The notes beneath the pieces are model-generated. The model made no database searches and was not told the origin of the DNA. It worked only from the letters and a program-made list of their open reading frames with translations. DNA of 60,535 nucleotides, counting the filler, from Sanchytrium tribonematis (Eukaryota), in NCBI GenBank assembly GCA_018985235.1. It is 8 parts of 8 records of this genome, joined end to end, with 100 filler letters (N's around TTAATTAATTAA, not from the genome) between each part and the next. Parts side by side here need not be neighbours in the genome. Positions count along the whole stretch, not along the records: positions 50,739 to 55,591 come from JADGIG010000670.1; positions 55,692 to 60,535 come from JADGIG010000671.1; 6 more parts are not named here. The stretch is one strand, 5' to 3'. Within the stretch, counting starts at the first letter, position 1, and every line of letters starts with the position of its first letter. Made by a program: the position numbers and the translations under genes. Below, piece by piece: positions 52,553-60,535 of the stretch.

Positions 52553-53607
52553 ATGCATTTTAAACTCCTGAAACAGATGCCTCAAATTATATCCTCTGAT
52601 ATTGAAGAACAACCTATCGCAGATTTATTAGAAGCTATTAGTGATTTAGAAGAAGAGCCAGTTTTAGACATTCCAATTTTGCCAGACAATCCACGTACGA
52701 TTACATTACAGAATAAGAGACTTTTTTTAACATATGCAAGATGGATTTCTCCACTACATCTCAATCCAAACTCATGTTACCTCCCGATTTTCAAAATCAA
52801 GGGGCACCTTTTTCCGATGAAAATATCGCAGATCTAAGTTGAGAAATTTAAAGAAGAAATTATTGAGAAGGTACTTCGAGATTACAATCCTAAAGAATAT
52901 TTCATTGTTCAGGAAAAGCATAGTTTGCGCAATGAAGAGCAAACCAATGAATATCATATTCATATGATATTTTATTTATAACGCGAGTATAAACGTCGAG
53001 GGAACCGAGCCATGAAGAGTTTTTATATTACAGAAGAAAGCCAAAATTACCATCCCAACATTAGAACTATTAAAGATAAAGCAAACTGGGACACAGTTCA
53101 TCGTTATCTTCACAAAAATTTAGAATCCTGTCATATTGATGACGGAATCCATTGTATTTGTAAATGCAAATTAGCACAGGGAGAAGTGTATCGACGAGCT
53201 TTGCAGCAAGACAATTGTACAGACGCTTTTAGCGTTATTGTCGAACACGATCCGAAAACTGCTGTCTGCCAGGGCCATTTGATTATGTCCAATTTGAAGA
53301 ATGTCTTTAATATGCGAGATAATACCTTTGGGAATCAGTATCATGGTCAGCAGTATACTTTTAACGTACAGTTAGTTCCTGCTGGCTTGAAAGAAGTTAT
53401 TAAAGATGGTTTATTATCGTAATATGCCAAATCTTAATGCTTATCAACCAGGAAAACATGTTATCGTATTTGATGATTGCAATTGGGAATTTATTCCCAG
53501 CAAGAAAGGTATCTGTTATTCATTTAGGTTATTTAACAAACATGGAGGGACCAATAATTTATGAATTAAAAATGTATTTATGTAAACATAATTGGAATCA
53601 TCTTTAG
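52553..53607 (+). pseudogene. rep: Decayed CRESS-DNA-virus-like (gemini/genomovirus-type) HUH Rep with SF3 helicase remnant
   Basis: In one frame: motif I FLTYAR, QEKH, motif II YHIHMI, YHPNI, motif III YLHK, with TAA stops at 52835 and 52979. After a frameshift near 53410: Walker B VIVFDD.NWEFIP. No Walker A seen. Confidence 0.82.
53509..53527 (+). other. Probable 19-nt intron in the Rep remnant
   Basis: GTATCTGTTATTCATTTAG has the same length and consensus as the other three. No independent protein motif confirms it. Confidence 0.55.
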
Positions 53608-53815
53608 CTTTCATTACAAATTCGTGAAATGCAAAAGTGTTTTCCACATTATGGTGATTGGTTTCCCATACGGAACACTATCTTCTCCAACTAAATAGAC
53701 TTTGAACACTGGATTATAACTTCAATCATCACCTGTATCAATCTTCATATATTTGAAGTCAGTAATATTTGGGGGAATTGAATAGATTTCAGTAAATATT
53801 TTTTGTAACAAACAA

Positions 53816-54208
53816 ATGGCAAACAAAAAGCAAACACCGGTAAAAACTAAAAGAAAAGCTTTACGTGACCTAGCAATTCAAAGTCTATCTTTAAAAGAAA
53901 TTTCAAGAAAATATAACACAACTCCAAAGACAATTCGCGATTGGAGAAAAAATGCGCAAAATGTTTTAAATTTTAAAGGCAGAGAATCGCGTAAAATGGT
54001 ACCACTTGGACATAATATGAAATTCGCAAGTATCGAAGAAATTACTATTGAAAGAATTAGGGGTTTGTTTATGATGGAATGCAAAATAATTATTGATTAT
54101 GAATTGATTAAAAAATGGATGGAAAACCAAGATTTAGAATGTGTAAAGTCTTTGGCAGCTCAACTCCCCCCCCCCCCCCGGGGGAGTTGGGTCAAACATC
54201 AAATTTAA
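53816..54208 (+). mobile_element. Truncated pogo/CENP-B-type HTH module (paralog of the downstream transposase N-terminus)
   Basis: PKTIRDWRKNA...GR..RKMV..GH.MKF.SIE...IERI is shared with 54211-54480. Confidence 0.7.
54161..54189. repeat. 10-bp perfect inverted repeat with C9 loop
   Basis: CAACTCCCCC-C9-GGGGGAGTTG. Confidence 0.75.
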
Positions 54209-54210
54209 AA

Positions 54211-55591
54211 ATGACAAATGGAAATCATCCACGTAAATTACAATCTTTAATGATCAAACATAAACATAAAGCTTTATTACAATTAGTACAAGGTTCAATT
54301 AGTATTAAAAAACTTGCAAAAGAGAACAAAGTTGATCCAAAAACAATTAGAGATTGGAGAAAAAATGCTGATAAAATATTTACATATCGAGGTAGAACAG
54401 TCGTAAAATGGTATCAATTGGGCATAGTATGAAATTTGGATCCATTGAAGATATTATTATTGAAAGAATCAACTTTTCAATGTTATGCAAATCAATTATT
54501 AGTTACGATAGAATATATAAATGGATTGAAAAACAAGATTTTGAAGCATTTAATGATGGAACATTTAAAGCGTCAAGAAATTGGTACGATGGGATGTTAA
54601 AAAGAAATAATCTCGTACCTAGAGCAGCAACACAATTAGTTAAAAAAGATGATCAATACTTGATTGAATCAGTAGCAAAGCATATTCTTCAGGTTAAAAG
54701 CAAATTATCTATTTATTCAAGTGATCAGATTGTATTTGCAGATGAGACTGCAATCTGGATGAATCTAGGAATTAAAAGAACATTAGCAACCACAGGAACA
54801 AATCAAATTCCAATCTTTGCTGGTTTTAGTGAAAAGAGAAATGTTACAGTAATGTGTGCAGTGAGACAAAATCATGAAAAAATCATTCCATTAATTGTAC
54901 ATCCAACAAATTCAGCTCCAAAGTTTAACACCATTGAAATTCAAACAAACAAAATTCTCGGTTATACGAAAAAAGGTTGGGTTACTCAAGAATTATTAAA
55001 GAAATACATGGATTATGTATTTCCGTTTGGAAATGGATTGTTAGTTTGGGATCAAGCAAGCGCTCATACTGGATCAGAAATTGAATCATACTTTCAGATG
55101 AAGAATATTGAAGTTATTAAAGTTCCAGCAGGAACAACAGGTTATTGTCAACTTGCAGATGTCGGTTTGATTAAAAGTTTTAAAGCAGGAATTCGAAAAT
55201 CAATTTTAGACTTCTATGATGAACAAGTTGATGAATTTCAAGCAAACCCAAACAAGCCAAAAGTCTTTCAAAAACCAGGAATTGTAAAATTAAGAGACTG
55301 GATTGTCTGTGAATGGGCAAAAGTGACTCCTGAGATTATCGAAAAAACTTTAAAAACATGTTATTTGTCTGAAAATGTTGAGGAATTACATATGGCAAAA
55401 GTAACTGGCTTAGGTAGTTTTATATAACTTAGGTTCACAATTTATTGAATCATTTGAGCGCTTTTCAGTTTGGTCTAATGTTGTAAATGCATTATTAAAT
55501 GGAACAACATACTCAATGACTGCAGAAGATTTTGAAATTGCACAGTTTGATGAAGATGAGGAAATTTCTGATGCAAATGTTCCTCGATTTG
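54211..55591 (+). mobile_element. pogo/Fot-family DD35D transposase, frameshifted near 54400, one 19-nt intron, truncated by contig end
   Basis: HTH-psq-like and CENP-B HTH (FKASRNWY). Catalytic FADET, WDQASAH, QLADVG with 35 residues between the 2nd and 3rd D. Acidic tail after the intron. Confidence 0.88.
55414..55432 (+). other. 19-nt spliceosomal intron in the transposase
   Basis: GTAGTTTTATATAACTTAG contains the ORF stop. Removal leaves the frame open to the contig end (GSQFIESF...DEDEEISD). Confidence 0.8.
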
Positions 55592-55691
55592 NNNNNNNNN
55601 NNNNNNNNNNNNNNNNNNNNNNNNNNNNNNNNNNNTTAATTAATTAANNNNNNNNNNNNNNNNNNNNNNNNNNNNNNNNNNNNNNNNNNNN
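55592..55691. other. Artificial contig linker
   Basis: N44-TTAATTAATTAA-N44. Confidence 0.98.
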
Positions 55692-56685
55692 CCTGGATCC
55701 GTAAATGCGATCAGATTCTTCAGTGTTGCTTCACTGTCCTTTTTTCGATATTTTGATTCACCAACAAATAGAATGTCAAATCTGTTTTGACGCATATACG
55801 TATTAATCATATTAACTTTACCACGTAGATTGCCGCCAATGTTAATATATCCCATATTGATCCCATTACTCTGCACTACATGATATTGAATCGGCATCAA
55901 GGTCCAAAATGCAAGAATATTGAAGAAGATGAAAAATAAATATAAATAGTTAAAAGATAATTCATTCATACCGTATCGAGCAATCTTCAACACATTAGAC
56001 ACCTTTTCCCACGTTCTTGTTGGTACAAATCTAACTGGGTGTTCATTCAAAACAAAATCACAATTTTCATGCTCAATTTTGAGAGCAATCAAAGTATCCA
56101 ACATTTTTAATGTCAATGGCACCTGAGCATTAACAACATCTTTGTTATCATAATGGTGAATTGATACATTGGTGGAAACCATCTGACTGCCCATAAATGC
56201 GACAAATCCATGAGAAATAATAAATTCATCGTATTTTGTTAATGGCCATAATTGACCATCCACGAAAATCATCATGTTCTCATCAATACCAATGTTGCAT
56301 TTGGTTGCCAAAGATTTTACTGTATCATTTCTAGTCACCTTGACTGACTCGCATTTCCCATTCGATTTGTCATGAAAAACATCCACAAATTTGGATTCAA
56401 CAACTTCTTCCATTTCCAAATCCTTGACTTCTTTTTTCAACTCTTGCGTGAACAGTGGCTTGCTGGATGTCTCCAAATACTTCAATTGATTAGATAACAT
56501 GGACATATCCAATTCTGATGCTTTTTCTTCCAAAATAAAATTTGGCTCTGTTTTCAACTTAAACTCTTTAATGGCTTTATTCACCCCATTGATATACAAT
56601 GAGAGTACAAATTCACCATACGACATACTAGTTTGTCCTTCAAGCATCGTGTAATATGCTTTCGAATAACATAAAAAGAAGTCTG
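55692..56685 (-). mobile_element. 5' part of a non-LTR retrotransposon (N-terminal extension + start of APE endonuclease) inserted in the LTR element
   Basis: ORF from ATG 56647 ends in the APE start MGYINIGG...FDILFVGESK. Begins immediately after the 16-bp TSD. Confidence 0.72.
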
Positions 56686-56701
56686 ATCTATATCTGCTTC
56701 T
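56686..56701. repeat. Target-site duplication, copy 1
   Basis: atctatatctgcttct, identical to 60505-60520. Confidence 0.88.
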
Positions 56702-59310
56702 GTAAGTCCATAACACTCAGAGTGACTGTATCGATCACATTCGTCACATTGGAACATCAAATCCTTATTTTTATTCTTTCTACATTTACAAGCTATTAAA
56801 TCAGGTCCTGTGTACTCCTCTATATCCTCCCAACTCACAGGTTCTTTTCTTCTCGCTTCTTCATCAATATTTTCCAAAGTATCTTCTTCTCCAGATTCCA
56901 ATCTTCTTCTTTTAATCGCACATATTTCTGCTGGCAAACGACTTAACAAATCAGCTTGTTGGTTGGCTTTACCACTAGTTGGTACGTATTCTACATTGTA
57001 TTGTTGTACAATATGAATCCAACTCTGAATCTTTGGAGTGATTTTCTTTCCTCCACCTTTTAGAAAATGGCCACTAGCTTCGTTGTCACAATGAACTCTA
57101 ACAAGTGAATTACCAAAGAATTTACCAAATTTGAGAAAACAGTGTTCAATAGCAAACATTTCTTTCTCAAAGGTGCAATATCTTCTTTCAAATTCTCCTA
57201 AAGCTTTACTAAACAATCCACATAATCTCCCTTTATCGTATACAGTTCCCCCAATTGCAAATCCACTAGCATCTGTATAAACCTCATATGGTCCTCCTTC
57301 AAAGAAAATTAATCGTGTTGATTTAAGAATAGATAAACAATCATCAAAGGCAATTTTTGCTTCTTCACTCCATTTAAACGGTCCATCCACTATGCATTTT
57401 CTTATTGGATGCATTAAATCTTCATAACCAGGTACAAAATCTCTGACCCAATTAAACATTCCTAAAAGTTTTTGCACTTGTTTCTTCGTAGTAGGCTCTG
57501 GTATTCCTTCCAATTGAATAATGTAATTTTCTCTACATGTGTAGCCATGCTCATCTATTGTGAATCCACAGAAAGTAACACTAGTTCTTAGAAAGCTTGA
57601 TTTATCCCAATTGATAGGCAAATTTAAAGCACTAGCGGTGCCAAAGTATTCCTTTAAAAGCTCCATGTGCTCCTCAACGCTGCTTGAATACAGAACCATA
57701 TCATCTACATAAGATGCCTTGTTTTTAATATGCTTAAAAGCTGTATCAGAAATGTGCTGAAATTCTCCTGTACTATTACATCCACCCATTAATAATCTAG
57801 TACTAACAAATTGTCCTACTGATGTTGCTATTCCATATATCCACCAACAATCTTCATGAAGTGGAATGGCAAAAAATGCATTTGACCAATCTATCTTAGT
57901 AAACACGACACTTCCTCTAAATTTCTGTAACTCATCTTTAATTAAAGGCAGTGGATAGCCACATGGTACCATTACTTGATTCACTTTTCTCAAATCCACA
58001 ATAAATCTAAAATCTCCATTTGGTTTAGGCTTTAAGAAAGCTGGTGATGCAATAGGTGATGTACGACGTACTAGTATATTTTGTTCTTCTAATTCTCTAG
58101 TTTTCTTTTCCATGTCATCTCTATTGTAACGACCAAACGGTTTTTGACGTAACTCCTCTAAATCCACATTATCTTTTAATTTAACTATAATTGGCTTTAC
58201 TTTGGCAGATTGAAAAGGATCGTATGCATAATCTTGCTTCCATCTTTCTATTTGAATCATATTTTCATCCTTTTGAATTGTTAAATTGGTTTTATCTTTT
58301 TTCCACACCAAATAACCATTTAATTTGTCTGCGATTAGATCTCTTCCAATGATAATGTCTTGATTACAATCCAACACCGTGAATTGTTGTTCAATAACCT
58401 CATCTCCAAATTTAACTGCCAGTTTGCAATTTCCTAGGATTTTAACTCTACCATCTATCCCATTAACATATCCAGACTCTATTACTATTGGTATATTTCT
58501 ATCACTCACTACATTTCTTCCAAGACATGAAATATCAGCTCCAGTATCGATTAGACATTTAGTTAAAACTCCCCCTATCTCTACCATTTGATATTTATCT
58601 ACTTTAATCTGCTCACAACCCACTCTTTTGATTACTTTATCTGGTTTTTTATCATTGTTTTCTCCCTTTCCATTTTCTTTTGGACAATTCCATTGTTTAT
58701 GCCCAAATTGCCCACAGCTATAACATTTGCTAGGTCCGTTACATTCTTCTGTACTTTGACCCATTTTATTGCATTTATTACACTTTTCCACTTTTCTTTT
58801 CTTCTTTTCGTCTAACTCTGAATCCAATAATTTTTCTGTATCATTGATCGCTTGCTTTAATTGTTGTAAATCTGGATAGTAGTTTGATACAACCCTATCA
58901 CTTAGATTTTTTGTCAAACCAAGCTTAATTTGTCTCATGATGTCTGATTTAGGAACTTTCAACCTGTTTCCTAATTCCTCCATTCTCTTTGCAAATTCTA
59001 CACCTTTTTCTTCCTTTTTCTGCTCCTCATGATAAAAGTCAGCCAATCCTTCTGTCGGCTTGTATCTTTCTTCCAATTTACTAATCATCACCTCAAAATC
59101 CAATAATGTTACTTCCGATATCACTTCTGTACGCATAGATGGTGGCAAATAGTACAACAAAGCTTTCACTTTGACCTTTTCTGCTAAATCCTCTTCTTGA
59201 TTTAGCAACTTCTGTAGTCCCTTTGCCCAGGTTGTAAAATCACCACCCAATGGTTCGAAAGTTTGGTACGGGAAGTCTTCCGAAATAGTATATGATGTTG
59301 ACGAGGTCAT
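56686..59310 (-). CDS. Gag-Pol: gag with CCHC knuckles, aspartic protease, RT, RNase H, N-half of PHD finger
   Basis: CYSCGQFGHKQWNC, LIDTGAD, FRFIVDLR, YVDD, YTDAS, ADLLSR, CKC...MFQCDEC...HSEC. The ORF runs on into LINE DNA to a stop at 56581. Confidence 0.92.
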
Positions 59311-59455
59311 TTTAATTTTGAGTATCCATATTTATTGATTCTAATTCCAATTCTTGCACACGTGGATAGTCCAATCATTGTCACTATTGATTACACCATA
59401 TTCACTTGATTGTTGCTGATCAAAGTCTTGAACATTCACCTTTAATATATCAACA
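59296..59455 (-). repeat. Single 160-bp LTR
   Basis: Termini TGTTGA...TCAACA. Purine-rich GAAGAGGAGTGTGG immediately 5' (59469-59456). Internal TATATTAAA and AATAAA. Confidence 0.8.
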
Positions 59456-60504
59456 CCACACTCCTCTTCAAGATCTTGATCACAAATCATTAATTGGTCA
59501 GCGTGTGCTTGAAACAGCTTGTCATTGTCCTCCTCTAACTTTATTTCAAATTGCTTGCTTCTCAATTCCTTCACAATTATCCCTTTATAAGCAATCTGAG
59601 TTCCTTTCTTATTTAATTTAGGAAAATACCAGATATGGTTTCCTTCCTTTAGCTCAACATCTCTCAATCCTTTATTAACTCTCTCCATCTGTTTATACTT
59701 GTTTATTTCTAGCTTCTTTTGTGTCTCTTCTCTAATTTTCTCAGATAACATTAATTGTTCTGTTCTTAACTTGTTTCCCATTAATGTCATTAGTTCAATT
59801 GGACTATAATCTGTAGCACTTCTTGGATTGTGGTTGCCGTATAGATTTGCAATAGAAACTACATTTTCAGCATCAGCCTCTGGATATTCTTTTTTCACTA
59901 CCCTTATCAATCCTCTGACATATCGAATGGCTCTCTCTGACAACCCATTCTCTTTCTTGATGCCAGGTGTAGACTCCTCCAAATGTATGCCTTCTTTCTT
60001 TACAAATTGTTTAAAATCTCCACCAAATTCTGTACCATTATCCAATACGAGGATATCTGGAATACCAAATGAAGAACAGTATTTCATTAATGCCCTGCAG
60101 GTTCCATTGGGTGTCTTGTTAATAAGTAGCTCTAAATGCAATACCCCACTGAACATGTCTCTAATGACTGCAATATACTTGTAATCTTCCTCCTCAAAGT
60201 CCATCTCCATTAAATCGATCCCTACATAGTGATTGATATGTCTTGGGATTCTAAAATGCATTTTTGTTTGCTTTGGTGTGTTCTTTTCAATACAGTACTC
60301 ACACCTTTTTACAAAATTGATTATATCTTTGTCCTTTCCGTCCCAACTCAAATTTTTCAAGATAATACCAGCATGATATTTGTGTGCTTTGCTTAGATGC
60401 TTATTGATTTTATCAGCTTCTGGTGCTTTGGGCAACACTGGTTCTAATTCTGGGATTGTTTCCATGTATCCTTTTCCTGTGCAAAAATCACATACAAAGT
60501 CTTT
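59341..60504 (-). CDS. C-half of PHD finger + DDE integrase (C-terminal part of Pol)
   Basis: KDFVCDFC, HHCC (AHKYH...CEYC), GIDL, LDNGTEF, NGLSERAIR, C-terminal SH3/GPY-F-like module. Reads into the LTR. Confidence 0.9.
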   Translation of the reverse strand, partial: KDFVCDFCTGKGYMETIPELEPVLPKAPEADKINKHLSKAHKYHAGIILKNLSWDGKDKDIINFVKRCEYCIEKNTPKQTKMHFRIPRHINHYVGIDLMEMDFEEEDYKYIAVIRDMFSGVLHLELLINKTPNGTCRALMKYCSSFGIPDILVLDNGTEFGGDFKQFVKKEGIHLEESTPGIKKENGLSERAIRYVRGLIRVVKKEYPEADAENVVSIANLYGNHNPRSATDYSPIELMTLMGNKLRTEQLMLSEKIREETQKKLEINKYKQMERVNKGLRDVELKEGNHIWYFPKLNKKGTQIAYKGIIVKELRSKQFEIKLEEDNDKLFQAHADQLMICDQDLEEECGVDILKVNVQDFDQQQSSEYGVINSDNDWTIHVCKNWN

Positions 60505-60535
60505 ATCTATATCTGCTTCTTTTTTTTTTTTTTTT
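60505..60535. repeat. Target-site duplication, copy 2, plus retrotransposon poly(A) tail
   Basis: atctatatctgcttct followed by T15, i.e. poly(A) preceding the TSD on the minus strand. Confidence 0.85.

Larger units (their letters stand above)
56686..60520 (-). mobile_element. Ty3/Gypsy LTR retrotransposon, circularly permuted around one LTR
   Basis: Minus-strand order: PHD C-half, integrase, PPT, LTR, gag, protease, RT, RNase H, PHD N-half. The ends rejoin in frame at the TSD. Confidence 0.9.

Noticed and set aside
52835..52981. RIP-like CpA to TpA mutation as the cause of the TAA/TAG stops in repeats
   Set aside because: Ancestral codons are unknown and there are too few sites; multi-copy alignments would be needed.
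53762..53770. AAATATTAC (minus strand) as a CRESS nonanucleotide origin
   Set aside because: No flanking inverted repeat forms a stem, and the match is expected by chance in AT-rich DNA.
4905..55691. Repeated TTAATTAATTAA flanked by N runs as a biological repeat or CRISPR-like array
   Set aside because: Seven identical 100-nt blocks with six-frame stops are contig joiners. Genes are cut at them.
59341..60465. A novel retroelement class with a natural stand-alone integrase gene before gag
   Set aside because: The frame extends upstream into the PHD C-half and TSD, and an LTR with PPT separates it from gag. It is the 3' end of a normal-order Pol.

Overview
The window is eight separate contigs joined by seven artificial 100-nt linkers (44 N + TTAATTAATTAA + 44 N); adjacency across linkers is not biological. 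The DNA is AT-rich, gene-dense, intron-poor and eukaryotic. It uses the standard code and has a fungal-type gene set (Cla4-type PAK, Dma1-like FHA-RING, Rsm24-like, ALG8, ALKBH1, Bub3, DCAF7, dynactin p25, eIF3a, NRDE2, hexokinase, tyrosinase, GH47, cAMP-receptor-like GPCR). An early-diverging fungus with a compacted genome is the best inference; the taxon cannot be fixed from this window. Contigs 4 (14992-40726) and 6 (45785-50638) are housekeeping regions with spacers often under 60 nt. Contigs 1-3 are rich in secreted or paralogous families. Contigs 2, 5, 7 and 8 are dominated by mobile DNA. Main discoveries: (1) all four introns I could infer are exactly 19 nt with consensus GTA-N8-TNAYN-TAG (A fixed at -6), two in host genes and two in mobile-element genes. 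(2) A Ty3/Gypsy element appears circularly permuted around one 160-bp LTR. It carries a PHD finger between RNase H and integrase, split by a LINE insertion with a 16-bp TSD. (3) A decayed CRESS-virus-like HUH Rep lies near GNA mini-hairpins and a pogo-family transposase. (4) A hexokinase and many other proteins begin with very short hydrophobic leaders. (5) An APE-RT-RNase H LINE family has a conserved 3' stem-loop, and three LINEs with different tails are nested. All homology calls come from motif recognition by eye; no database searches were run.
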